Assembly: GCF_001194135.2 (NCBI RefSeq)
Contig: NC_068983.1
Span: forward strand, 112,275,906 to 112,339,905
Length of the DNA: 64,000 nt
Reading direction: 5' to 3'
From: Octopus bimaculoides
Taxonomy: Eukaryota
In this document: piece by piece, positions 49,460 to 63,517 of the stretch
Layout: every line of letters begins with the position of its first letter
Position numbering within the stretch: position 1 is the stretch's first letter
Notes under the pieces: model-generated
Database searches by the model: none
The model's input: the letters and a program-made list of their open reading frames with translations, nothing else
What the model was told of the DNA's origin: nothing
Position numbers and translations under genes: made by a program

Positions 49460-52400
49460 GAAACAAGTCTAAAACCTGGAAACATTGAAGGTGAAACTAA
49501 TGATTATGGTACTCTAAAAATGAGTATAATCAAAGAATTGAAAGCCACAGATCCCAGCATGGACCACTACTTGTACCTTCCAATAATGAAGATTGATAAT
49601 GAAACAACATCAATAATAAATAGCATGAACTTTTCATCACAGAACTAATAGCCACAGAAACAAATGTCAATATGATGAGGTTAAATGACATAATATATGC
49701 AGCAGTCTCTGTGGCCACAAAAGAGGCTGGATACCCCCTCAAACCCATCCAAACTAGAGTATCACCATCCAAACAAACCCAGTGGATAAATAATATCCAG
49801 AAAAAATAGAAAATACAAGAAAGGGTCTGTCAATTCTTAATGAAACTAGCAGACAATCAACACTACTAAGCAACAAGAAGAGAAGAAAGATACTACATAA
49901 GTACAAAATTACAGAACAAGGTACACCTGCGGTAAGAGAACAGCTAAAGCAAGATATTCTCACCAAAGCACAAAGAATCCACCAGTATGAGAAATACCAA
50001 CGTTTCATTGAACTACAATCCCAAAAGATTCTACCAAGAACTTGGTAAAAATAAAATAGAGATTAATGCAACACCAACAGCAGAAGAAGTGGAAAAATTT
50101 TGGTAAACAATATGGTCGGCGAAGGAACAACCTCAGAAAAGATCTATCAAAACAACAAACACAGCACCGGAACAACTCTGGACTCCTATGGTAACTGAAG
50201 AGGTCACCCAGACACTGCAAAAACTAAGCAACTGGAAGGCATCTGGGCATGACAAGATACCCAACTTCTGGTTAAAATATCTAACAGGAATGCATAAAAT
50301 TCTGGCTGAGAAATTTCATGAAATACTAGCAGACCCAGAGACAATGCCTGATTGGTTCACAGAAGGGAAAACTATCCTAATTCCCAAATCCAAAGAAAGG
50401 TAAACCCACAAAATTACAGACTGATAACTTGTCTCCTTACACTTTACCACCTTACAAAGCCTTTGCTGCAATAGTATTGCAGAGAATGGGCAAACGTCTG
50501 GAAGAAAGCAACCTGTTTCCAGAAGAGCAGAACAGATGCCACAAGGGCTCATATGGCTGTAAAGATCAGCTACTGATCAATAGAACCATAACTGAAGACA
50601 GCCACAGAAAGAAGAAGAGTCTAAGTATGGCTTGGATCGATTACCAAAAGCTTTTGATAGTATTCCTCACACATGGATCCTAGAAACACTTGCCATGAAC
50701 AAGGTAGCACCAATAATCATAAAATATATAAAACATTCCATGAATAAATGGTAGACAGTGTTACAGCTCCAGACAAAAGAGAGACTCATAAAAACCAAAG
50801 CCATCCCCACTAGAGGAATATTCCAGGGAGATGTGCTTTCTCCACTCATTTTCTGTTTAGCATTGAAATCTTTATCTGAAATGCTAAACAGAACTGGATG
50901 TGGATACAACTGCCATGGCAAAACAATCATCTATCTCTTGTAAATGGATGATTTAAAACTGTATGCTACAAATGATAAGCAGCTAGAAATGTTACTACAA
51001 ACAGAACATGGATTTACCAAAGAAAGAAACATGAAATTTAGCTGTGACAAATGTGCCAAACTAGTTAAGAGTAACAACATCACACTAGATAAAGCCAATG
51101 AAATAAAAGAATTAGACCAAAGCCAGCCATACAAATATTTAGGAATCAATGAAATAGACACGATACAACACACACAAATGAACGAGAAGATAAGAAAGGA
51201 ATCCTATGGATGAGTTAGATTAATACTGAAACAGAGCTCAATGCGTAAAACAAGATAATAGGTATCAACACTCTAGCTATCCCACTTATAAGTTACAGCT
51301 ACAATATGCTTAACTATCAAAATAGACAGGAAAACAAGAAAAATAATCACAGGATTTAGGATGCACCACCCAAAATCTGACAGAGAAGGGCTATACATAC
51401 AATGTATGAAAGGTGGTAGAGGCCTTATACAGCTAGAAAACTAATACAAATAGCCACAAAACACAACAAAACAAAAAGACTGTATTCTGTCTTCAAGGAA
51501 GCTGACAAATACAAAAAAGAAGTCATAGTACCTAACAACTATGAAGAAAAAGAAGAAATAACAAAAGCTGCAAAACAACTGCAATTCAGACTAAAACCAG
51601 AACAGCAATGTATTATGATAAAGCAATTGTAGGAAAAGCCCCTACATGGAAAATATTGGGATAAGCTAAACAGAAAATAAATAGACAAAGCAAAATCCCA
51701 GCAATGGCTGAGAAGCTCAGGACTCAAAACAGAGACTGGAGGATTTTTAATTGCAGCACAAGATCAAAGCCTTCACATCAGAAATCACCAAAAACATACA
51801 ATGGAAAGAAATACAAGTAACTACAGAATATGTGGTGATGGCGATGAAACAATAAATCATATTGTTTCTGGCTGCCCATTACTAAGAAGGAATATATTCA
51901 CAAGCAACACAGAGCTGAAACCTATACAAACTGGAAGCCATGCTAACACTACAGAATAACAACAGAAAAAAGATGGTATAGGTACACCACAGAAAAGGTC
52001 ACAGAAAATGAGAAAGCAACCATACTCTGGGATATGCCAATACACACAGGTAAAGAACTTAAGGCCAATAGGCTGGATATAATTGTCAGAGATCACCAAG
52101 AAAAAATGTTTTCTAATCGATGTCTCAATACCAAGAGATGATAATGTTTCTCTAATAGAAATGGAGAAACTTTCAAAACACAAGGATCTGGAAATAGAGG
52201 TAACTCAAATGTGGAGCCTAAAAACAGGAACAATTCCTATTATTGTAGGTGCATTAGGTATGATAAAAAAAAAAAATCCATCCAGACAAATGCATAAGAA
52301 AAACACCAGGACTTATAAGTATATAAAACATACACAAAATAGCACTGCTAGGCACCGCACACATCTTACATAAAACACTTTCAGTACAGTGAAAATAAGA

Positions 52401-52495
52401 GCACCACAACAAAACCACAGCATATACCCAAAGCACACAGAGCTGGACTTGGTAGTGCAGTAAAAGCACATGATAAAAAAATAAGACTACTGAGT
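49460..52495 (+). mobile_element. R4/Dong-clade LINE, 5'-truncated and decayed (RT, CCHC, restriction-like endonuclease), flanked by (TAA)n
   Basis: NWKASGHDKIPNFWLK, GKTILIPK, GCKDQLLIN, AWIDYQK, GIFQGDVLSP, MDDLKLY, YKYLGI, YRICG..HIVSGC, NRLDII..IDVSIP..EKLSKHKDL; (TAA)n at about 49385-49459 and 52495-52567. Confidence 0.92.
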
Positions 52496-52502
52496 AATAA
52501 TG

Positions 52503-52567
<65 letters not shown>

Positions 52568-52571
<4 letters not shown>

Positions 52572-52868
52572 GACCTGGAAATAGAGATAACTCGAATGTG
52601 GAATCTAAAAACAGAAACAATTCCTATCATAGTAGGTGCCTTAGGTATAATAAAAAAATATTCAGACAAATACATAACAAAAACACCAGGACTTACAAAT
52701 ATATATAACATACAGAAAATTGCACTACTGAGTACTGCACACATTCTACACAAAACACTTTCAATACAGTAAACGAGCACCACAGCAAACCACAGCACAT
52801 ACCCAAGGCGCACAGAGCTGCGCTCGGTAGTGAAGTGAAAGCACGCTATAAAAATAAACTATTGAACA
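52568..52868 (+). mobile_element. Second, severely 5'-truncated R4/Dong copy inserted in tandem into the (TAA)n tail
   Basis: KDLEIEITRMWNLKTETIPIIVGALGII parallels 52181-52495; ends aataaactattgaacaataataat. Confidence 0.88.
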
Positions 52869-54540
52869 ATAATAATAATATGTTCTTATGGACAAAAAGT
52901 GATTTTGACCACTGCTGAATGAAGGCATAAGCCGACCAAGCTGCATTGCAATGTTTCAAAATCTACATGGGCCTCAAAATAATGAAAAACCTGCATATTT
53001 TCAATTTTTGTGTGACCTGGTTTAACAAGAGATCCAAGCTTTATATAGTTTAGGATCTCACAAAGTTTAAATCTACACTGTGTTGGTAATTGGTGTAGCC
53101 TGTTAGAGTTCTTCCTTTCAACTTTGTATTTGTAAGCCAGCTTGGTAATGAGAGTGCAAACTTGTAATTATTTAGTCTCAGCTGGCAAAGAAGTATACAA
53201 ACCTTTGTTAAAACTCTGGTATACTAGAAGCTAAACTTATTGAATATGGTTAATCTGGTTTTTGACTTCATTTTACAGGATTCAAGTTAATGTAGAAATA
53301 TATTGCTACTATGCTGCTGAACCATCATAGCTAACTGATTCCTGTCATCAAGACTATATGACACAAAATAATTATGACAAAAAAAAAAAATAAATGACAA
53401 ATGTAATTTATTTCTCAACACACTACAAGCTATTGGTCAGCATCTAGAATTTTGGACAGCAGAGACTGCCAATTTTTATAGCATGAGTTAATTTAATAGG
53501 AAATTCCTACATTAGATTGGACAACCTCATTTATGGATTTTCCTACTCAATAGTAGGAATTACTTTTCCTGTCAGTAGCAGAAAATAGCAATATTTCTAT
53601 GTAGTTTTTTTTCTTGTTTACACTTGTTTTATTCGTTAGTCTGAATATGAAAAGGGTTTCATTTTCTTTCCAAGGCCTTTCACATCTAGATGGCACTGTA
53701 ATAACTGAATTATTGAGATTTATGGTTTGTTTAGGTTCCCTTGTATGTTAGAAATTGATTGGAAAACTAGGAATGGGCTGAAACAAAATAGAGCCTTGTC
53801 ATACTGCCAAAGACTGATGCTTCAGAAAATAATAATTAGCAAGTTAATTTGCAATTAGCTCAACTGGGAACCAAAACTGCATCACAAACAACTTTCCAGG
53901 AGTACATCATCACTCTACAGTGATGGCCCTGAAGAATTGATTAACAGAGGGAAAGACAGAAGAAAATGCTTAATTCAGAATGTGGAGAAGCACAGAGAAT
54001 GAAGAGGTTGGTATAATGAACAAGCTTTGAGGCTGGTGGCATATAATCATTAATTATAGAATAGCAGAGAATATTTTAATTGCAGAGTCAGCATCTCAGC
54101 TGTAAGTTAATATTTGTAGAAGTTTGATTAAAACAGGAGTTGTACTTCAAGAAGAAGGCTTCATATTGTAATATGGTCCATAATGCAGGCATATACTAAG
54201 GTCTTTGTACCACAGGTGCTATATACATATATGTATTTATAAATATTGGTGTACAAGTAACTTTGAAAAATAAAATGTTTTCCATTTCTTTTGATACATG
54301 GTTATTTAATTTAAATTACATTTTATTATATTTATTTTTCTTTCATCTTATTTCTTGTAATTTAAATTTAAATTATGTCAAGTGGGGAAACTCTTAGAAT
54401 TCCTCTCTCTTTTTCTCCCCCTCTCACCTCTCTCTCTCTCTCTCTCTTTCACATTCTCTGTCTACAGACACACATATGCATATCTGTCTATATATCAATA
54501 TGTATGTATGTATGTATGTATGAATCAATCTATCTATCTA

Positions 54541-54608
<68 letters not shown>

Positions 54609-55514
54609 TATGATTTTTTTTCATTCTGAACTATGCAAGCATATTTTCAAGAATATGGAGTTGTTAGTGTTTGAATATTTGTGGCTCCGGTTTTTGATGT
54701 CTACCTATTTTGAGTGGAAATATGATTAATACGTTTGATCGAGTCTGTAAAAAAATTTTAATGGAAAGATCAGACATTTGATTGAGACTTGCACACTCAT
54801 ATGCATTTTTACATACATCAGCACAAAGGAGTGAAAAGAAATTTGTTGTGCATGCATGTGCACATAAGGAAGAAATTACTTGGACACAAAATATATCAAA
54901 ATAGACAAATAGTTTAATTGAAGTAAATATTAGGAATTACTGAAGTCATGCATTACACACAGTCCAGAAATTTATATTTAAATCAGTTTTTCTTTCTTTT
55001 GTTGCTGAAACCTCATATAATAAGAATGGAATAGCTCACCCTGAAAAAATTATGACAAAAAACTTAAAAAGAAAATTTACAAATTTTTCCAATTGTTAAA
55101 AATTTTTAAATAGTTTTCATTGCTCCAGTTTGATATATATATATAGATATCTCCTCCTCACCAACCCTAACTCTGTATAAACCAGCTCAATGCTCTGCTT
55201 CCCCTAATTGAGTTTGAATTCCTCAGCTGATAGAATACAAAATTCAGAAGATGAACAGATAAGAATTTTATCCTTTCAACCTCATTCATGTACTCCTGTT
55301 TCTGTGTAGATTATAACCCTATCCCCCTCCCATTCGTTCTTTATTATCTATCTATTTTTTTACCATGTAAGCATAGCCTGATAGATTTGTCTTCCTTGTT
55401 TGTCTTAAGCTCATGCATATGCATTAATCGTCACATTTTATTTATTCTATTTAATTTAAGTTTATCATTTCATTGATTCATTCTCTCTAAATTTGTCTAC
55501 TATAGTATACAAAT

Positions 55515-58042
55515 GCAGAAGATGTTCTCGCCTAAATTTGCTGGCTCACGCTACGCCCTCCCTCCCACTCCTCCACCTTTACCGGAAGTACTCCTGCGAA
55601 CACTTCTAAGGGCCTAATGCCATCCCAACCCCTACACAGGGTTTATCAATCATATAGCACATAAAAATGGTGTAGTGTATGCAGGTTGTAGGCTATTGTT
55701 TGTTTATGAATTCTGCCAAATGCAAGCTTTCTTTTCAGGTACATGTCACTGCTGTCCCTCATCCCAGGGTCTCAGAGGCCCACACCTCCCACACCCTCAA
55801 GGTTGGCACACTCAACGTCGGCACACTGAAAGGTAAGTCTGGTGAGATTGTTGAGATGCTTGAATAGAGATGTGTCGATTTGTGTTGCCTCCAAGAAGTA
55901 GGGTGGAGAGGAGGTTCCACTAGGTTCCTCACAGGCAAAGAACACAGGTACGAGATTTTCTGGGCAGGGAACACTGACGGGGTCGGGGGCGTAGGTATAC
56001 TTCTTGCGGAGAAATGGTTTGATAAGGTAATCGAGATAGTCAGAGTATGTTACAGAATACTTAAAATTAGATTAGTGCTTCACCATAGGTTAGCTAAGAT
56101 TTTCTCAGACTATGCCCCTCAGCCGGGGCTACCTGATGGACAGAAAGGCCAATATTATGACACCCTCTTGCAGACTACCTCATTGACGAATGACAGGGAC
56201 CTTCTCTTTGTGACTGGTGATTTCAATGGACATGTTGGAAAACATGGAGGGGGCTTCCATGGCGTACATGGAGGCTATGGCTTTGGTTCCCGCAATGAGG
56301 AGGGAACCAGACTGCTAGAGTTCTGTGATGCAAATGATCTTATGGTCTGCAATACCAATTTCAGGAAACCTGCCAGTCACCTAGTCACCTACTGTTCCAG
56401 CAGACACACTAGTCAAATTGACTACATCCTCGCCAGAAAAAGGGAAAGAGGACTGCTTATAAATGCCAAACCTTCCCAGGCAAAGAATGTACCCCTCAAC
56501 ACAGATTAGTAGTTAGCAACTTTGGGATCAGGGCTAAGTAGATGCCCAGAAGTAGACTAGCTTGGAGGAGAAGGGTCTGGAAGCTTAACGATCCTGCAAA
56601 TAGACAGAGATTTAGAGACGTGTTACTTGAAGCCTTCGATGAAATAGAAGGGGATATAGCATCACATAATATGGAAGACAATTGGAGGCTTCTACAGGAC
56701 AACCAGCTGAGAGCCACTGACCAGATTTGTGGATGGTGCAAAGTTCCCTCTCAACCCAAAGTAACGTGGTGGTAGAACAGTGTTGTTGACAGGGCTATTA
56801 GGGAAAAGAAACAGGCTTGGAAGGACTGGAAGAATGGAGGTAGCAGGGTGTTGTATCAGACTGCCAGAAGGGAAGCTAGGAGACAGGTTTATTTAGCCAG
56901 AGGGGAAGCAGATAAGAAAAAATTTGCCAATGATTTGTGCTGTGAGGACCAAAGACTTGAAGTATTTCGTGTTGCAAGACAGTGTGTGAGAGAGAATCGT
57001 GATGTTGTAGGAGAGAAATGTGTCCACATGGATGATGGCTCACTTGCATTAACGAGGCTGCAAAAAGAGAGGTTTGGAGACGCCACTATGAGAGGTTGCT
57101 TAATAAAGAGAATGAATGGGAGAAAGATAGTCTGCCGAATGTCGACCCAACAGAGGGACCAGCTATCCTAATTGACAGTACCTTGGTAGATAAAGCAATC
57201 AGGAGTATGAAGACAGAGAAAGCCCCCGGCCGATCAGGAATCACTGCAGAGATGCTCAAAATATTTGGCAGTGTCAGCTATAGCCTAGTCACCCGTATAG
57301 TTAACCAGGTGATGCATGAAGGAATCATACCCAATGACTGGTGTAGCAGCAGCATAATCAACTGCTACAAAAGTAAAGGTGACGCTTTAGACACAAACAA
57401 TTACAGAGGTATCAAGTTGTTGGATCAGGTAATGAAGGTCACAGAGAGGGTCATAGCCCAACTAATTAGGGAGAGAGTCAGCTTAGATGAGATGCGGTTT
57501 GGATTCGTGCCAGGGAAAAACACCACTGATGCTATATTTCTGGTAAGGCAGCTGCAGTAGAAATACCTAGCCAAAGATAAATCTCTGTACCTGGCTTTTG
57601 TTGACATGGAGAGAGCCTTTGACAGCATTCCCCGATCCCTCATCTGCTGGTCAATGAGGAAACTAAGGATAGATGAATAGTTAGTGAGAGCTGTGTGAGC
57701 CATATACAGGGACACTGTCAGTAAGGTGAGGGTTGGCAACGAGTACAGTGGAGAATTCCAGGTAGAGGTAGGGGTCCACCAAGGTTCAGTCCTCAGCCCC
57801 TCCTATTTATCATAGTCCTCCAGGCAATAACATAGTAATTCAAGACAGGATGCCCCTGGGAGCTCCTCTATGCTGATGACCTCGCTCTAATTGCTGAGTC
57901 ACTATCAGAACTAGAGAAGTTTCAGGTGTGGAAACAAGGACTAGAATCGAAGGGCCTTAGAGTCAACCTAGCTAAAACCAAAGTCCTAATAAGTAGAAAG
58001 GTAGACAAATCACAAACCCCTTCAGGTAGATGGCCCTGCTCG
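55515..58042 (+). mobile_element. RTE-clade LINE, 5'-intact and 3'-truncated pseudo-copy (APE + RT)
   Basis: TLNVGTL..CCLQEV..GVGIL..GDFNGHVG..RNEEG..QIDYIL (APE); APGRSGITAEML, NYRGIKLL, FGFVPGKNTTDAIF, FVDMERAFD, GVHQGSVLSP, LLYADDL; several stops and frameshifts; breaks at SGRWPCS. Confidence 0.93.
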
Positions 58043-58579
58043 GTCATATTATTAACGTGGCACTCCTGTGGAGATGGGGTGTGTGCTATGCGTAGCAGTG
58101 TCATATGTATAATTTTTTTCCAGACGTTTAGGTATATATAGTTGTGTTCATTGGTCTGTTTTCTTTCTGTAAAGGATAAAGCTGATGGTGCAGGGGTTAT
58201 GTTAGCATGCAGTGTGTAATGAGTATGAGGGATCTGTGTGTATATATGGAGGTATAATTTGTGTGAAAAGGTATGTGTTGGGGGTGGGAAACTTATAGGG
58301 CTGTATGCGCATAGGTGCCTTGGTGTGTGCTTTGGTCAAACTCTTTTTGCCAGGTTCAAGGACATTGGTGCAAGGTCATTTGTGGAAGGTCAATCCAGGG
58401 GACCTGTGGTTGCAGCCATGGTGGAGCATGCAGGTATGATAGAACGTACTTCCTTTCAGGTGAGCAGAGCAAGGGGAAATTATTTTGAATTTGAAAAATC
58501 TATTAACTATTCAAAATAAAAATATATTTTGGCATTTAAAGGAAAAATTCCTGACATACATAATAGTCGTCAGGACTAA

Positions 58580-58760
58580 ACACATAAAAAAAGCAGTTAA
58601 CTGGCAGATAATATAGTCAGGATGACAGGTAATATCCTCTGTGGTATTCAGTTATACCTATGCAAAGTGTTCAAATCCCACTGGGGGTGAATTTCTTTTT
58701 ATCCTTACAAGATTAGCAGTAATTACTACCAGTCAAATACTGGCAAAGAGATCGATCAAA
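58580..58760 (+). mobile_element. Decayed SINE family F
   Basis: ctggcagata...gttcaaatccc...ttcttttatcc similar to the reverse complement of the F copies. Confidence 0.5.
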
Positions 58761-59290
58761 TTGATTATGTTCTTCAAATCCTGGAAACCATCATTAACGT
58801 CATAATTATTATTAACCACTAGCAATGAAAATGTTGCTAACATAACTACCATTATCACCACCACCAAATCATCATCATCATCATCATCATCATTTCTATG
58901 AGTGTCATCACATAGCGTTTCTGTGATTTCCCACATCATACATCTTTATGCAACACTGCATTAGATATATGTATGTATATCAACAAGCAGTAGCTATGAA
59001 GTTATCTTCTAAGTTAAGACCACTTTAGAATTGGTTTCTATTTCAAAAGTTTAGAATTTAGCATGAAAATAGAACTGCACAAAATTTTAGTGAACATTTG
59101 ATTGCATAAAGAATGATTATTTATTTATTTATTTATTTATCTATTTATTTATTCATTTGGTTATTTATCCGAATTCATCTGATATGTAATTAACTAATTT
59201 GAAGCCACTTCTAAGAGAAAAAAGTTCTCTAAACTTCCACGAAACCATTTCTAATGGATTGCTGCAAACTTCAGATTGTGCACACCTTAC

Positions 59291-59657
59291 CTTTTATCTT
59301 TTGTTTCAGTCAGTAGACTATGACCATGCTGGGGCACCACCTTGAAGAATTTTAGACGAATGAATCGACCTTAGTACTTATTTACTTTTATAAGGTGGAT
59401 TCTTATTATATCAGTCTATTTTGCCAGACTGTTAAGTTATGGGGGTGTAAACACACCAACACCTGTTGTCAAGTGACTGTGGGGGACAAACATACACACA
59501 CATATACACATGATGGGCTTCTTTCAGCTTCTGTTTCCCAAATCCATTCACAAGGCTTTGGTCAGCCCATAGTGATAGTTGAAGGCACTTGTCCAAGGTG
59601 CTATGTAGTGGGATGGAATCCAGAATCCTTTGGTTGGGAAACAAACTTCTTACCATG
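59291..59657 (-). mobile_element. SINE family B (diverged)
   Basis: Homologous to 4620-5019. Confidence 0.8.
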
Positions 59658-59677
59658 CACATACATACATACATACA

Positions 59678-59713
<36 letters not shown>

Positions 59714-59849
59714 TAATCATCATCATCATCATCATCCTTTAATACCTGTCTTCCATATTGGTATGTACTTTTTATAGCTGGATGCACTTAGACTGACCAG
59801 TGGAATGTGAATCAGATTTTTTTTGATGATTCATTTTTTGTCCAGAATT

Positions 59850-60450
59850 TGTTGTCTATTCAAGCTATTCTAGACTACAAGCAGGCAGTGGGATTTGTTG
59901 ATATGCAGCTTGAACTTTTCTAGGGTCGTGAACAATTGGTCAAGTTCCAACAAACAAAATTCTGGCATAAGAAGTATGTCCCAGAAGAGTACATTTTCTG
60001 AGTGGAAGAAGTAGAATGTAGTTCTATATGTGGTTTGAGGTAATGGGACAATTGGCATAGAAAAAGAGGATATGTAAGCATCATATTATCCTGGTTTGTA
60101 TAGGGCTAGTATACAGCTTGGCAGTTCAAAGGATCAGAACTGATTGAAATTGTAATAGGAAAGTTAAAATTGGAAAGAGGATACTTGTGCACAAGTGGTT
60201 GCAGTGTTTAACTGAGTGAATATTTGTCTATTGATCTGATGATTTTATTCATATATTGTGAACAATGTTGTTTGTGTAGCATCTGTACTCTGCCAAAACT
60301 TCTTGAGTAGTACTCCAACAAAGGGTAAAGAGTCAACAATTGTTTGGAGCTGAAGTGTTTTGTGATCTTTTCAAAGCCAAGCTATTGATTGGAAGAAAGC
60401 TCTCCAGTCTGAAACCTTCCATAAAATAATACATGCTCTGATATTACAAA
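59850..60450 (-). mobile_element. Possible highly decayed Gypsy-type RT relic
   Basis: Fragments QLNTAT..KYPL and LDQLFTTLEKFKLHINKSHC occur in the expected order but in different frames; weak. Confidence 0.3.
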
Positions 60451-61109
60451 AGCAATCTTCCATTATTATTAATGTAGTATTATCAATGTAAAGCTTTTTT
60501 TTTTCTTTGTTAGATACAAAACAATCCTTTTAGCAAAGGAGAATAAACAAATAAACCCATCTCGATTTATTACAGGTATTTCTCTATCACCTACCCCAAA
60601 AGAGGAATTAAAAGCAAAATTAGCAGCAGTAGTGTTTCAATTTAGAAATGAGATTGATGAAATTTTAAAATACACTTAGATTAATGCTGACTTGACTGAG
60701 CTTCAACTATTGATATAAAGTCATTAGTTTCTTTTAACTATGGCTGTAACGAATTTTTATGAGGGGTTGTGTATAGTCACTTAAACTAACCTTTGCTGTA
60801 TATTACACTTATTTCTGATTTCAGAAAGCAAATTGTATTTAGTCCAAACACTGCCGACTACTCTACCACCATTTTTTAATAAACATTACAAATGAATGAT
60901 TTCTTTTAACAAATCAAGAGCAATTTTGTAACAAAGCATATATAATTGACCGAATCAATCCAGCATGTAACTGACAAATATTTTATTAACTTCAGTTGAA
61001 CTTCAACTAATGGACTAGAGAAGAATCAAAATACTTCTCCATTTAGTTTGGCACACTGCTAAATTAGCTATCTCCATAAAAATAATCATGTTAATCAGTC
61101 ATTACTTAC

Positions 61110-61259
61110 CTTCAGCTGAAAGGCCATGGCTGGAGTAGGGGGTATTTCTTAGAATTATTTCCTGCATTATTATTGATAAACTGTACACATCACTTTTATC
61201 TAACCATCGTCCTTTAGAATTCATATTTCGAAGGACTTCTGGAGCAAACCAAAGCATAT
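61110..61259 (-). CDS. Receptor guanylyl cyclase, internal exon (kinase-homology domain, subdomains VIII-IX)
   Basis: Acceptor tttcacAG at 61261-61260, donor GTAAGT from 61109; 150 nt, phase 1/1. Translates (D)MLWFAPEVLRNMNSKGRWLDKSDVYSLSIIMQEIILRNTPYSSHGLSAE with WxAPE and DVYS motifs. Splices in frame to the 39279 exon across a 21,830-nt intron. Confidence 0.9.
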
Positions 61260-61894
61260 CTGTGAAACATATGGAAATGGTTAATCTCAAAGTTTGTTTT
61301 ATTTATATCATAGTTAAACAAAATACATACAATTTTTCCAAAGTGAAGTTAAGGTAACAGCAACTTAGCTAATATTTAGAAGGGGGATTTGAAATGTTCC
61401 AAATACAAATGGGGAAATAATCATCAAAACTGTTATAGGTTCAGGTTAAGGTTTATGTGAATAAAACACAGTATAACACATCAAACTGGAATCATTTTAA
61501 ATTAAAAAAAAAACACTGATTAAATATGATGAATTGAGTAATCCCATGAGACATATCAATGTCACTTTATTACAATGCCAACAATGATGACGATGTTGAA
61601 ATAACTGAGGTGAATTCTTCAGGCGTGAAACAACATGAAATAGCAGTTAAGTTAGTTATTACAATATTTTATATAAAAAGCATTAATAATCAAATTAAAA
61701 ATAATTATGTGGTGAAAAATATAGAATAATATTGCAATTAAACTTATAAGGCTTATCTCGTTAAGCATGCCAGGTAACATAGACAGCTTTTGGTTTTGTT
61801 AAACTTCTTTAGTAGAGCGCAGACTTGACTCTAATTGGCAAAGTAATTAAGAGAGCTTCACTAAAAAGATGTAGAAAGTTGTAAATCATTCTTT

Positions 61895-63096
61895 TATTCT
61901 TTAACTTGTTTCAGTCATTTGACAGCAGCCATGCTGGAGCACCACCTTTAGTCAAACAAATTGTCCCCAGGACTCATTCTTTGTAAGCATAGTACTTATT
62001 CTATCAGTCTCTTTTGCTGAACTGCCAAGTTATGGGTATGTAAACACACCAGCAATGGTTGTGTTGTCAAGTGATGATGGAGGGACAAACACAGACACAC
62101 AAATACATACATACATACATACATACATACATACATACTATGTAGTAATGCCTCACGCTTAGAGGGAATAAATAAGTCAAAAACTACCAAAAAATAAGCA
62201 ACATATTTACCGAAAGCGAGGAAATGCAGCTTTCAAAATTAATCTCTTAAAAAATCTCTTAAAAATCTCNNNNNNNNNNNNNNNNNNNNNNNNNNNNNNN
62301 NNNNNNNNNNNNNNNNNNNNNNNNNNNNNNNNNNNNNNNNNNNNNNNNNNNNNNNNNNNNNNNNNNNNNNNNNNNNNNNNNNNNNNNNNNNNNNNNNNNN
62401 NNNNNNNNNNNNNNNNNNNNNNNNNNNNNNNNNNNNNNNNNNNNNNNNNNNNNNNNNNNNNNNNNNNNNNNNNNNNNNNNNNNNNNNNNNNNNNNNNNNN
62501 NNNNNNNNNNNNNNNNNNNNNNNNNNNNNNNNNNNNNNNNNNNNNNNNNNNNNNNNNNNNNNNNNNNNNNNNNNNNNNNNNNNNNNNNNNNNNNNNNNNN
62601 NNNNNNNNNNNNNNNNNNNNNNNNNNNNNNNNNNNNNNNNNNNNNNNNNNNNNNNNNNNNNNNNNNNNNNNNNNNNNNNNNNNNNNNNNNNNNNNNNNNN
62701 NNNNNNNNNNNNNNNNNNNNNNNNNNNNNNNNNNNNNNNNNNNNNNNNNNNNNNNNNNNNNNNNNNNNNNNNNNNNNNNNNNNNNNNNNNNNNNNNNNNN
62801 NNNNNNNNNNNNNNNNNNNNNNNNNNNNNNNNNNNNNNNNNNNNNNNNNNNNNNNNNNNNNNNNNNNNNNNNNNNNNNNNNNNNNNNNNNNNNNNNNNNN
62901 NNNNNNNNNNNNNNNNNNNNNNNNNNNNNNNNNNNNNNNNNNNNNNNNNNNNNNNNNNNNNNNNNNNNNNNNNNNNNNNNNNNNNNNNNNNNNNNNNNNN
63001 NNNNNNNNNNNNNNNNNNNNNNNNNNNNNNNNNNNNNNNNNNNNNNNNNNNNNNNNNNNNNNNNNNNNNNNNNNNNNNNNNNNNNNNNNNNNNNNN

Positions 63097-63152
<56 letters not shown>

Positions 63153-63305
63153 CGGGCTTCTTTCAGTTTCCGTCTATCAAATCTATTCACAAGGCTTTGT
63201 TGGCCTGAAACTATAGTAGAAGACACTTGCCTAAGGTGCCATGCAGTGGGACAGAACCCAGAACTATGTGGTTGGGAAGCAAGCTTCTTACCACACAGCT
63301 ATTCC
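61895..63305 (-). mobile_element. SINE family B tail (61895-62100) and head (63151-63305) on either side of an 827-N gap
   Basis: Both parts are homologous to 4620-5019; they may be one or two insertions. Confidence 0.75.
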
Positions 63306-63349
63306 TACATCATTAGGTGTAAAATGTTAATGTAAAAATATTGCTTTCA

Positions 63350-63517
63350 GATCGTGGCACAAGGACAGCAATTTCAGGAGAAGGTTTAAATCGATAATAT
63401 CAACATCAGTCTCAACTGGTACTTATATTATCGACCCTAAAATTATGAAAGGCAATGCAGGCAGAATGGATGAAATGCTGCTAGCATGATAATGATTTTG
63501 CCAGCTTGCTGCCTTAA
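63350..63517 (-). mobile_element. SINE family F, internally deleted
   Basis: ggcacaagg...caactggtacttatattatcgaccc...ttgctgcctt. Confidence 0.6.

Noticed and set aside
47768-53935. Isolated CTGAAGA heptamers at 47768 and 53929
   Set aside because: No paired stem II, UH triplet or stem I.
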